A stretch of DNA of 64,000 bases, from NCBI RefSeq assembly GCF_002113885.1, contig NW_018404603.1, positions 171,571 through 235,570 on the forward strand, given 5' to 3'. This DNA is from Mizuhopecten yessoensis (Eukaryota). The position numbers and the translations under genes are program-made. Below, one piece after another: positions 1-12,400 of this stretch (position 1 is its first letter; every line of letters begins with the position of its first letter). The notes below the pieces were generated by a model. It saw nothing but the letters and a program-made list of their open reading frames with translations, ran no database searches and was not told where the DNA came from.

Positions 1-330
1 TCTGGTCACTGTTTAACAGAATTGAAATACACGTTGTGGTGACTTGGATCATTTTTGTAGTATTTCCGGTTTTTACAGAGATGTTTTTTTTAAGTCGCTG
101 GGTATTAACAAAATATAGATAATTTTAGAACAGGATTCAAACGAGAGTTACATTCTCATCTTGTTAATTTATTAAATTGTGGGTACACCGTTGCATGTAA
201 ATGGCATCCTACGAGCGTCATACACAAACTCTGCGTAAAATTTCCAATGAACTTTAAGATACTTCAGTATCTCACTTGTCAAATTCAGTTATTGATGTGT
301 TTCGATAAGGGCTGTGATTGAGTAGCCTCT

Positions 331-410
331 CGGCCCGCCCCCGCCTTACGTCACATTAACATCACATGTTGCTGTTGCCTATATAAACACACGTGTTTCC
401 GGTTAGTGCC
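331..410 (+). promoter_or_regulatory. Candidate TATA-type Pol II core promoter
   Basis: Ordered motifs: GC box CCCGCCCC (334-341), CRE-like TTACGTCA (346-353), TATATAAA (380-387), E-box CACGTG (390-395), ETS-like TTTCCGG (396-402), Inr-like TTAGT (403-407) about 25 bp after TATA. No downstream coding exon identified. Confidence 0.35.
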
Positions 411-709
411 AACATAAGCCGATTGCCTGTTTACACCGTGTCGTAACATTATACTTATAAACCCATCAATGAGGCCGTCTTTATCCAAATACTATACGAG
501 AAATAGACCCCTCGACATTTCACAGGAAGTAAACAGAATTAACAGTCTACGTTTTTTGTTTTGTTTTAGGGGTGTGTGTTTATTTTAATGTTTGGAAGAC
601 AACACATAATATCATGCAATATATTTGAGATTTTGTGAACGTAAGAGTCGATATATTGATGAATAATTTGGAAATTTAAAAAAACAAAAAACAATCACGG
701 AATACTATG

Positions 710-870
710 CTGGGTCCATTCGGCATGGTACATTGTACTTCAGTGAGGGAGCACTCTAAAGTCGGCATCAGATCCGCGTTATTGCAAGAAAGTAACAACA
801 CTAACGTATCCTCCTTACATAACAATGTCTGATACATGTAATTGGACGTCAAACGGAATAAAACAAACGA
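710..870 (+). mobile_element. 3' remnant of a SINE (MetaSINE-like as recalled), ending in GACGTCAAAC...AAACAAAC tail
   Basis: CTTCAGTGAGGGAGCACTCTAAA resembles the body of molluscan Meta-type SINEs (recalled, not searched). The tail CTG..GGACGTCAAACGGAATAAAACAAAC resembles the tails of the family B copies in this window. Confidence 0.5.
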
Positions 871-994
871 ATTATTAGCGCCGTCTAGTGCTGTGCTTTT
901 TAATTACTTTTGAATGCTTGTTTGAACTATATACTTTGCTTCAGTATTTGTTTGTTTAACGTTTAACGTAAACATAATTCCGCCGGTGTTTTCT

Positions 995-1162
995 ATAAAG
1001 GGACATAAAATCAACAGTAATTTGCTGTCCCAATTGGAACACCTTGGATCTATTTAATTTCTTCTCTAACTTCCATACTCTTTCTTTTTGTAGGTATCTC
1101 TATAGGCACCCGTCTCCATGTGCTCTTGGTTGTTACGAAGACGTGAAATAAAACAAAACAAT
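995..1162 (+). mobile_element. Retroposon family B, 5'-truncated copy
   Basis: Aligns by eye to the reverse complement of 16072-16356, e.g. CTTCCATACTCTTTCTTTTTGTAGGTATCTCTATAGGCACC vs CTTCCTTACCCTTACTTTTTGGCGGTATCTCCATATAGGCACC. Ends in GACGTGAAATAAAACAAAACAA. Confidence 0.7.
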
Positions 1163-1991
1163 TCACTGGAACAGCGAACAGTTTTAGTCTTTCCAAACCT
1201 TCCCTAATCAGGAGTCAGATGAAAATCCTCTACATAAATTGCCGCTTACGATAACGTGCAGAGGAATGCAGTAGACATATTCTTTCCCCAAACATGAAGG
1301 ATTAATACAGCACCACTGATACGTAGAATATCTATACAAATACATACATGCCACGCCCATACAACACTAGAACGTCTCTTCATATTCTACACAGCGTTCG
1401 TTTTGACACTCACATTGACATTAGTCCCAAGCTAACCTATTTATCTATTGTAGAAAGCAGCTGTGATAGCTTCAGTACTCTATAAATCTACTTAGTAAAA
1501 TAGGTTTTAAAAAAGGGAATTAGGCAGATTTTCAAAATAAAAATGCAGAGTCCGCCTCTCTTCTCAGTGTACGTTACACGTCCGTGTCGTAGGCATAAAG
1601 ATGGTTGGAGAGAGACCTCCCCTTCCCCGTTTACCCGTGTGTATATATTGATTGTAGGGGTGCGTCAATCCCCCCCCCCTCCACCATTGCGTGTGCGTAT
1701 AGATGTCGGTATTCCGTTCCTTTCAGCAATTAACTATGCGATGATCTTAGCAAGAATGACAAAAACGAGAGTATGTAAACATGTCGGGCTAATTAGCACT
1801 GGCTGTGTGTGACATTCCGGTGGTTCACCAGAGGCGACGTTACCCATATGTTACTGTCTATGAACAGTTTGTAAGCCACTTGTTGCATAGAATCGTGTAA
1901 CTGCCATCTCCTCGACGAACATGGTTGTTTTCCTCCCAAGATAAGACAGGTTTCAACCTGTGATTTAATTTGCATATAAAACAACCCCCCC

Positions 1992-2002
1992 NNNNNNNNN
2001 NN
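1992..2002. other. Assembly gap (11 N) inside a poly-C tract
   Basis: N run flanked on both sides by C homopolymers. Confidence 0.98.
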
Positions 2003-2744
2003 CCCCCGCCCCCCATCCTACAAATAAACCACCTCAGCAATTTGTTTTCGTACTCAAACCGAAGTCCGGTTAACAGATAGCACAAAATTAAGAGAAATAA
2101 ACATAATTACGTAACACTTTATCAGGATACAGGACAATGTAACCATAGGTGTTCATAACACAAGAAATACATATTTTTTTTCCGTTTTTCTCCTTTTTAA
2201 TTGTCTCCCTTTGATTCTTCTCCCCTTATTCATGGTGTGTTGATGGAAACTTCGTGTAGCGGTAGAGTTTCCTGTAGGAGTAGAGGTTTATACTGGCATT
2301 ATTTTCACGTGTTGTTTAGACTTGATAAGTATTCGGTAAACGTAGATAAAGAAAACAACTCCCAGAGTGTACGCAGGTGGAACGGAGCATTCTCTGTTAG
2401 GAAATAGTGTAAATAATTCTTGGTCTTATCTACAAACACATGTGCAACTGTTACATCCCATCCCATCCATATTTAAATCTCCATTACGTGTGCCTGCAAT
2501 GGGTTGGGAAGGAGCTTGACGCCACATAATTTAAATTCAGATTATTTTAACTTGTGCCGAAAAGCAATAATTGAAAAAATACAAATTTTGAATTACAGCT
2601 AATAAAAAAACTCATTTCCGTCTCATCCCTGTCAGCTCGACTGCTTCTTTTTGGCACTTGGTTATATACAAATGTAATTATTTATGAATAGAATATTCCT
2701 GAAACACGATTGCTGACATGTCAGGTTTGATCTGTCGTCTGTTT

Positions 2745-5700
2745 CTGTGTACGTACGGGCGATTTGTTACATGGTGTATTCCGTGTACGTACACGTGATT
2801 TGTTACAGGGTGTATTATGTGTACGTACAGGTGATTTGTTACAGGGTGTATTATGTGTCTCTGGTTACAGGGTGTATTCTGTGTACGTACAGGTGATTTG
2901 TTACAGGATGGATTCTGTGTACGAACACGTGATTTGTTACAGGGTGTATTCTGTCTACGTACAGGTGATATGTTACAGGGTGTATTCTGTGTACGAACAG
3001 GTGACTTGTTACAGGGTGTATTCCGTGAACGTACACGTGATTTGTTACAGGGTGTATTATGTGTCTCTGGTTACAGGGTGTATTCTGTGTACGTACAGGT
3101 GATTTGTTACAGGATGTATTCTGTGTACGAACACGAGATTTGTTACAGGGTGTATTCTGTCTACGTACAGGTGATATGTTACAGGGTGTATTATGTGTAC
3201 ATACAGGTGATATGTTACAGGGTGTGTTCTGTGTACGTACAGGTGATATGTTACAGGGTGTATTCTGTGTACGAACAGGTGACTTGTTACAGGGTGTATT
3301 CTGTGTACGTACAGGTGATATGTTACAGGGTGTATTATGTGTCTCTGGTTACAAGGTGTATTCTGTGTACGTACAGGTGATATGTTACAGGGTGTATTCT
3401 GTGTACGTACAGGTGATATGTTACAGGGTGTATTCTGTGTACGTACAGGTGACTTGTTACAGGGTGTATTCTGTGTACGTACATGTTATTTGTTACAGGG
3501 TGTATTATGTGAACGTACAGGTGATTTGTTACAGGGTGTATTCTGTGTACGTACAGGTGATATGTTACAGGGTGTATTCTGGGAACGTACAGGTGATTTG
3601 TTACAGGGTGTATTCTGAGTACGTACAGGTGATATGTTACAGGGTGTATTCCGTGAACGTACAGGTGATATGTTACAGGGTGTATTCTGTCTACGTACAG
3701 GTGATATGTTACAGGGTGTATTCTGTGTACATACAGGTGATATGTTACAGGGTGTATTCTGTGTACGTGCAGGTGATACGTTACAGGATGTATTCTGTGT
3801 ACGTACAGGTGATTTGTTACAGGGTGTATTCTGTGTACATACAGGTGATATGTTACAGGGTGTATTCTGTGTAGGTACAGGTGACTTGTTACAGGGTGTA
3901 TTCTGTGTACATACAGGTGATATGTTACAGGGTGTATTCTGTGTACGAACAGGTGACTTGTTACAGGGTGTATTCTGTGTACGTACAGGTGAGTGATTTG
4001 TTACAGGGTGTATTCTGTGTACGTACAGGTTATATGTTACAGGGTGTATTCTGTGAACGTACAGGGGATATGTTACAGGGTGTATTCTGTGTACGTACAT
4101 GTTATTTGTTGCAGGGTGTATTATGTGAACGTACAGGTGATTTGTTACAGAGTGTATTCTGTGTACGTACAGGTGATATGTTACAAGGTGTATTCTGTGA
4201 ACGTACAGGTGATATGTTACAGGGGGTATTCTGGGAACGTACAGGTGATTTGTTACAGGATGTATTCTGTGAACGTACAGGTGATATGTTTCAGGGTATA
4301 TTCTGTGAACGTACAGGTGATATGTTACAGGGTGTATTCTGTGTACGTACAGGGGATTTGTTACAGGATGTATTCTGTGAACGTACAGGTGATGTGTTAC
4401 AGGGTGTATTCTGTGTACGTACCGGTGATATGTTACAGGGTGTATTCTGTAAACGTACAGGTGATATGTTACAGGGTGTATTCTGTAAACGTACAGGTGA
4501 TATGTTACAGGGTGGATTCTGTGAACGTACAGGTGATATGTTTCAGGGTGTATTCTGTGTACGTACAGGTGATTTGTTACAGGGTGTATTCTGTGTACGT
4601 ACAAGTGATTTGTTACAGGATGTATTCTGTGAACGTACAGGTGATATGTTACAGGGTGTGTTCTGTGAACGTACAGGTGATTTGTTACAGGGTGTATTCT
4701 GTGTACGAACAGATGATTTGTTACAGGGGGTATTCTGTGAACGTACAGGAGATATGTTACAGGATGTATTCTGTTAACGTACAGGTGATTTGTTATAGGG
4801 TGTATTCTGTGTACGGACAGGTGAGATGTTACAGGGTGTATTCTGCGAACGTACAGGTGATATGCTACAGGGTGTATTCTGTGGACGCACAGATGATTTG
4901 TTACAGGTGATTTGTTACGGGGTGTATTCTGTGTACGTATAGGTGATATGTTACAGGATCTATTCTGTGTACGTACAGGTGATTTGTTACAGGGTGTATT
5001 CTGTGTACGTGCAGGTGATTTGTTACAGGGTGTATTCTGTGTACGCACAGATGATTTGTTACAGGGTGTATTCTGTGAACGTACAGGTGATTTGTTACAG
5101 GGTGTATTCTGTCTACGTACAGGTGATATGTTACAGGGTGTATTCTGGGTACGTACAGGTGATTTGTTACAGGGTGTATGCTGTTAACGTACAGGTGATT
5201 TGTTACAGGGTGTATTTTGTCTATGTACAGGTGATATGTTTCAGGGTGTATTCTGTGTACGTACAGGTGATATGTTACAGGGTGCATTCTGTGTACGTAC
5301 AGGTGATATGTTACAGAGTGTATTCTGTGTACATACAGGTGATATGTTACAGGGTGTGTTCTGTGTACGTACAGGTGATTTGTTACAGGTGTATTCTGTG
5401 TACATACAGGTGATATGTTACAGGGTGTATTATGTGAACGTACAGGTGATTTGTTACAGGGTTTATTCTGTGTACGTACAGGTGATATGTTACAAGGTGT
5501 ATTCTGTGAACGTACAGGTGATATGTTACAGGGTGTATTATGTGAACGTACAGGTGATTTGTTACAGGGTGTATTATGTGTCTCTGGTTACAGGGTGTAT
5601 TCTGTGTACGTACAGGGGATTTGTTACAGGGTGTATTCTGTGAACGTACAGGTTATTTGTTACAGGGTGTATTCTGTGTACGTGCAGGTGATTTGTTACA

Positions 5701-6430
5701 GGGTGTATTCTGTGTACATACAGGTGATATGTTACAGGGTGTATTCTGTGTACATCCAGGTGATATGTTACAGGGTGTATTCTGTCTACGTACAGGTGAT
5801 ATGTTACAGGGTGTATTATGTGAACGTACAGGTGATTTGTTACAGGGTTTATTCTGTGTACGTACAGGTGATATGTTACAGGGTGCATTCTGTGTACATA
5901 CAGGTGATATGTTACAGGGTGTATTCTGGGTACGTACAGGTGATTTGTTACAGGGTGTATGCTGTTAACGTACAGGTGATTTGTTACAGGGTGTATGCTG
6001 TTAACGTACAGGTGATTTGTTACAGGGTGTATTGTTACAGGGTGTATTATGTGTCTCTGGTTACAGGGTGTATTCTGTGTACGTACAGGGGATTTGTTAC
6101 AGGGGGTATTCTGTGTACGTACAGGTGATATGTTACAGGGTGCATTCTGTGTACATACAGGTGATATGTTACAGGGGGTATTCTGTGTACGTACAGGTGA
6201 TATGTTACAGGGTGCATTCTGTGTACGTACAGGTGATTTGTTACAGGGTGTATTTTGTGTACGTACAGGTGATTTGTTACAGGGTGTATTTTGTCTATGT
6301 ACAGGTGATATGTTTCAGGGTGTATTCTGTGTACGTACAGGTGATTTGGTACAGGGTGTATTCTGTGAACGTACAGGTTATTTGTTACAGGGTGTATTCT
6401 GTGAACGTACAGGTGATTTGTTACAGGATG
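2745..6430 (+). repeat. Minisatellite, 36-bp unit GTGATWTGTTACAGGGTGTATTCTGTGTACGTACAG, about 100 copies
   Basis: Directly visible tandem array. Includes five 26-bp variant units (GTTACAGGGTGTATTATGTGTCTCTG) and other small frameshifting indels. It generates all the VQVICYRVYSVY / GDLLQGVFCVRT ORFs. Confidence 0.98.
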
Positions 6431-8099
6431 TAAAGAAGAAGATATAAGTAGACAATAAATGCTTCCCATTGCAGAGAGGCGTCAGAACGAAGCATCACTA
6501 GTCATGCATGTGTTACCGCCATGTTCTGGTCGTGTATGGGCCACTGGCATTACTCACGAAAATGTCAGTTTTTTTCCCGTAAAGTTGGAGTTTCATATAA
6601 ACTTGAATCAACTTAACTACATGTATATATCAATATTTTAAGTCGTAGGACACTAACTCATCAGCTTACAAGTTGTTGTTTTTTTGTGAAAATATAAAAG
6701 AATAAGTTTAGTCCCATTTTGAATCAAAGCAATTTCACTCGGTCAATTTACAAGACCACAATCATTTTTTTTTCTTAAATTAACGATAAAATATTGACAA
6801 AATGATGCATTGCAATGGAAGAGTTTATTGTAATTTTGGAAACAAAAAAATCCTATAAAGTATATGCCAACTGTGGATGCTTAAACACGTCATAGTTATT
6901 AAATAATTGAACACAGTTGTTGGAAATATACTTGTAAATAAAGTGTTTGTTTTTTTTAACTTCGAAAACGTTATTTATATTATAAATTGATAATATTGGA
7001 TGTTTTTTGAGAAAACATTACAATATCCTTAATGGATTTTCCAAGTAAGAAACTATTTGCCTGATTTGACACAGTGGTTTTTGCGGCTAAATGACAGCAA
7101 TCAAAAAATCACTTAAACAGAAACGGAAAATCAATATAAAAAACCCACATAAAAATAACATAATGGAATAATGATAATCGTTCTTACCAGAATTCCATTC
7201 GGAACTTCCTCTGTTTTTATCCCGGCAAACTCATTTAGGGGAAATCCAGGAATGTAAAAGTGCATTCTAGGTAAACCTCCATACATATGGGTGGAGTATA
7301 AGGGTACAAAACACACTCCCGGATCTCGAGGAACACGATTCCACAAACACAAGCATTGCATGGAGTTAGACAAACGCACATTAGCAGATACAGGCCAAGC
7401 ACACCTCGCGTTTACAGTCTTCACATCAGAGCTCAATGACTTTGTCATCCCTGAGCCCGACAGTCAGCTCGTCCAGATCAACTACGGTAAAGCTGATTGA
7501 AAGTGAGGCCTGGGGTTAGGTTTCAATGGAAACACATGCAATTAACAGCAGACAGTGTATCTGTTTTCTATAATTACGCTTGTTAACTGGCGACTTGATT
7601 TGCACGTGCGGTAAATTAAAGGTGACATACCATTTACGTATGCGAAATTACTATTTTGTTACTTATTTAAAGGACGGACAACACACTGAAATTATTTATA
7701 AATTATATCGAATTGAAATATCAAATATTTGTTATATATAATTATAACCTAAGATATAAATACATGTACACATGTATATGTGTGTGCGTGTGGGTAACAC
7801 AAGGTAAGACATGATATACAGGTGAACTAGACAGTTATTTCCATAGAAACCAGACACACTGATAATATCACACAGAAGTCAACCAGAATGTTTTACCTTT
7901 CTGTAAAGTTTTGGAATCAAAGATGAATAAATCCAAATGAATCTCCATTTGTGAATCAGCGTACTGGTAAAGAAGCTTGTATCTCAAGCACACACCAGTT
8001 GAGTTGAAGTTCGTATATAGCCGTACGCGAGTGTCTAACAGAGACTTACAAACGTGTAAGCTATGGCAGATTGCATCACTGTAAGCCATATACAACCAT

Positions 8100-8400
8100 C
8101 CTTTATTCTCACATTAGTCAATTCTCATTAGTCCATGTCGAACGCACCTTTTCTCACTGAGATTTGAAATACTCCAATCGAACACGCCTCATGATGAGTG
8201 AGTTGTCTTTATCGAACGTACTTCTTACTCATCAGTTCTCAGCGTCCAACACTGTTTCCAGTGAGTACATGACTTTCTTATGAAATACATCTTTCTCTTA
8301 CTCATGGTTCATTTCGAAACACGCTTTCTTGTAGCGAAGTCGTTTTCCTCATGAGTAGTTACATTACACACAAACACACGTTCTCAATGGAGCTAAAAGG
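8100..8400 (+). repeat. Highly degenerate tandem repeat (TCGAAC..C.T..TTCTCAT.AG motif)
   Basis: Recurrent TCGAACGCAC/TCGAACACGC/TCGAACGTAC and TTCTCA/CTCATGAG motifs at irregular spacing of roughly 40 bp. Confidence 0.45.
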
Positions 8401-9291
8401 GGAGTTAATCTACCCCCTCCAGGTACTAGACACTGAATTACATCACAGTGGCTATCTGCTAGTCCTGTACCCCATTATCAGTGGTGTATTAAGTAGGTAT
8501 GTAATCGGGATTCGGTATCAAACACTACTACCACAACGCTGGTCTAACCCTGTACCGTTCGTGTTGGCAGGATTACATCACAGTGGTCGTATTTACAGTA
8601 CTACTTCTCTACACAGCGGTAGTACTCCGGTCCTCACAATGTTACATCCATGGTGGCTGAGCCACAGCGTTCCTGTGCGTTGTACTAAAAGCTTGTTATT
8701 TCATTTGTCTGCTTATCTCGTCTACGATGCGGTATAAAACTTGCATTGCGTGTTCTTTAAATCTCGTAACACAAACCGGGCAATTCTGCTCACAACCACG
8801 TTTAGTTCCGCTACAATTTATGCCAGTATATATATTGTACAGTGTATTTTTGCGTAAAAGTATCTCTATGGTAACTATAATGTCCAACTTAACGCTATGT
8901 GACCTGTTGTGTTATGTCTACTCTGTGTGCCTCTGTCTTGCTAAGTGCATAGTTCAAATCATCTTCACGTGTGTTTTTTTCATAAGACGATCGATGGGAG
9001 GGGACATAAACAACATATATGATATAGCACACACACGCTTGTTCAATACAGTCGCTCTCAATGGATAAAGATAGTAAAGAATTATTGTTTTCACGTATAA
9101 TCTCGCTATCCTAGTTTGGACACACGTACATTGTGTTTTTCATATAATATGACTCCTGTTTCAGATACAAAAAGGAAGTTAATGTATTGTACACTCCGTC
9201 TATCCCGGGTTTCAGACAGAACGTGCGTGTCCAATACAATCAAACTAACATAATCTTAGTTTAGTTAAGAACAATTATGAACCTTGTTATT

Positions 9292-9408
9292 TTAACTAAT
9301 ATTAATCACTCTTGTTGGCCCGGATGTTAGCGCGCGGGGTGTTTTAATGTGGGAAGAAACCGGAGTACCCGGAGAAAACCAAAATGGTCGAGCAGGTGAC
9401 CCATACCT
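9292..9408 (-). mobile_element. V-domain SINE, 5'-truncated copy
   Basis: Reverse complement reads GGTATGGGTCACCTGCTCGACCATTTTGGTTTTCTCCGGGTACTCCGGTTTCTTCCCACATTAA...CGCGCGCTAACATCCGGGCCAACAAGAGTGATT. The TTTTCTCCGGGTACTCCGGTTTCYTCCCAC stretch matches the V-SINE central domain as recalled. Homologous to four other copies here. Confidence 0.85.
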
Positions 9409-12400
9409 GATATCCCGTTGTTCATTTTTTGTTGAGAAATGACATATATTCTTAAGAATAAAAAGCTGTTGGTGCATTACGGTGTTGGACAAGCAGCTGT
9501 TCTCTACTAGTCCGTGACTGAGAAGTGATGCTTTAAAAAAACATGAAACCGTCAAAATGTATGGCTTCCTACAGAAATTGTCTAATTAAAAACAACAAAA
9601 GTATGAATCCCGAGCGTCTGATCATTAACACCATTACGGACAGCACATACTATACGATGTGTTTGCCACATCATATGAGTGCCATTTCGAAACGTGTGCC
9701 CTAAATGTGCCCGACTATCTAGAGATACAGAGTTTTATATAACGATAGTCTAGAGATATGTGTAAACACTGTACACTGTATCGTTAATACCGATACTGTA
9801 GAAATATATCATATGGTAAATACTGTAACTCTGGAGATACAATATTTAAAGTAACGCTTACCTGGGCTAGTACAAAGTACACATGCGTCATATATCACTA
9901 GTCAATACATGACACTGTATTAGGGCAATATCGCAGTCAATCACATTATAACAACAGGTAAGACAAGCCTATATTTAGCATTATTCACGCACAGAGCCTC
10001 CTAAGAAAAATATACCTACGAGAAATCGGTCGGTGGAAAATGTGCAAATAATGAGCAACTTGTAAATATGTTGAACAATTCGCGATGTGCGATAATATGA
10101 AGAAAAGTCACATAAAATCACAATATAGCAATAAGTAGAAAAATAGTACAAATACGGTACATGCAGCTTGGTAAGGTCTTTACTGTTCAAGAGACGGCCA
10201 ACTAAGAGTTTCACGGGACAGAATATATAGGCCATCTTGTCAGAGTCTGATGTGTATTCAAAATCTTACATGACTTTTTGGTATAATTGTTTTTCATTCT
10301 AAATATTGTTAAATGTAAATAGTGTAAATAAACATTAGCGCGCAACCGGAAGTGAATAAATTATACAGTGTATGAAAAAATATTCAGGCATCGAAACAAG
10401 CTCCAACGAGCTTTCCAATGATGGAAGATACTGCGAATACTGTGAATAATAGCAGGCTTTGCAAGGATTGACGTCTTCAGTGGTGTACGTCAAGGAGAGC
10501 TCCTTAGCACACATGCTCTTTGATATTAATATTCCCTTGTGTATGATGGTATGCTCTGACGTCAGAGTGATAACGAGGGACAGAACCACCTTGTGGTAAC
10601 TGTGCCACTGTATACACGACCGTGACATACAGTAAAACGATTAGCAATGTATGTAGCACACGACGTTATTCTACAGGAATCTGTAGGAGTCAAACGCAAA
10701 ACTATACTACAGTAGTTCTGTACTGTGTATGTTGCCTCAACAAATATGCACTGTATTGGCGGAGAGAAAAACATAGATGTGTGTGTGGTTATGTTAGGAT
10801 GATTATACATGTACAGTACAGTTTAAGTAGAGCAATATATAAAATACTACACATAGCATATTATGGTGTCGGGCCTGCTACCGCCGTCATCATATTATAT
10901 ATAACAGAAGCTACAGAGCAACTTGTTAGTGGCCCTGCAACTACATGTACAAGTAAATACGCCTGTCTATGTAAACATACCCACTGTAAGCAATGGTCGT
11001 TTACACGCGCGAGACATTCATCACAAGCCTCCTTGTAGCGTGAAAGATACCGCGCCCATCTTAACCGCGCACGACCTTGATGGTTGGTTGCATGATGCAG
11101 CGGCTGCAAGGCGGTGACTGTGCATACCCCTATGTAGATATACAGGACCTCCATGCCCAGTGGTTGTATAAAGGGTTCACTTACGCAGTATTTAGGTTTC
11201 AGATACATACAACGCTAACCATACATACGGACTTACTATACGTGTGACTTAAACAGGGGGCACTGGCATACCGTTGTGTACAAAATATACATATATAACG
11301 ATTATTGATATACCCGTATTGCCCATGCACAGTGTTGATGTTGAGGAAATTTGCAAATCAGCCCTTAAGTAGCTTCATATACACTGAAACATTTATTTAT
11401 ACAACTGTATGTAATATACCCGATTATACGGGCAGACCACGCCTGATAACGAGTCAGAGCGAGCACGCGTAACGACAATCAATACCAGCAAATTATAGGT
11501 GTGATTATGTCGGACGGATTTAAAGAACTCTAAACAAAATATATAAATAAATATGTTTAAGACGTATACATTACAGCATTTTTACGACCTTAATTATTCT
11601 CTATTCATTTCAGTGATGTAGCATTTTGAAATTTCAGTCTGACTATTTAAGGTTGTATGCTACTTTTCACAACATATGAGTTTATATAGGAGTTATCTCT
11701 ATTTAAAAATTAGCATTATCGTATAACCCATAACCGTTACAAATATCCTTGTGCTAGTTCAGTTAATGATTTTTTTGTGTTCCCTTTAAACTCTGCATTT
11801 CCTTTTTAGAGTGTAACCATTAGGAACGGGGCATGCATATCATAGAGTAAGGTAGCATATAACCTTAACGAATGTTTATTGGTACAAGGCCTAATTTGTC
11901 GTGATTTCTGGTAAAAAAAACTATAATTGACTTTCATCTAAATGTTGTCTATTTTGATTTGGATTGGAGAAAATCGACGGTTTTTATATACACAAACTAA
12001 ATTCTAAATCACCAGGGGCTTATACATGTACGTACACTAGAGTTGTTTAAGCCGACGATGACGTCACATGTTGTAACTAAGGGATACAAGCTGAGAGATG
12101 TGTGACCGCAGGGATCGGTCTAACCTTCGCATCCCCCTAGACATCTGCATATATGGTGATGTGTTTCCCTCAGTTCCAGTGATTCAGCGCATTCAGTGAA
12201 TGAACAGAGCGTTAAGTTGAGTTTTTTTCTGAACACATATTAGAGCGTCTCGTTCATATACGACAGTGTGCAGTAACCCCCGCATTATGGTGCCCCTTAT
12301 TTCATTTGCCTTCTCGCTTACTTCCAAATTCACTCGAGGTCACCTTTTACTTTTTGTTATTGCAGTTTATTTGTATGTCGCCCTCGATATATTGCCATCC

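Noticed and set aside
1070-1095. Splice acceptor (pyrimidine tract plus TAG)
   Set aside because: The tract is part of retroposon family B and no coding exon follows.
2745-6430. 36-bp repeat as a CRISPR array
   Set aside because: Units are head-to-tail with no unique spacers, there are no cas genes, and the context is eukaryotic.
2764-6469. Many long ORFs (up to 520 aa) on both strands
   Set aside because: These are translations of a 36-bp unit, open in several frames at once and broken by frameshifting variant units.
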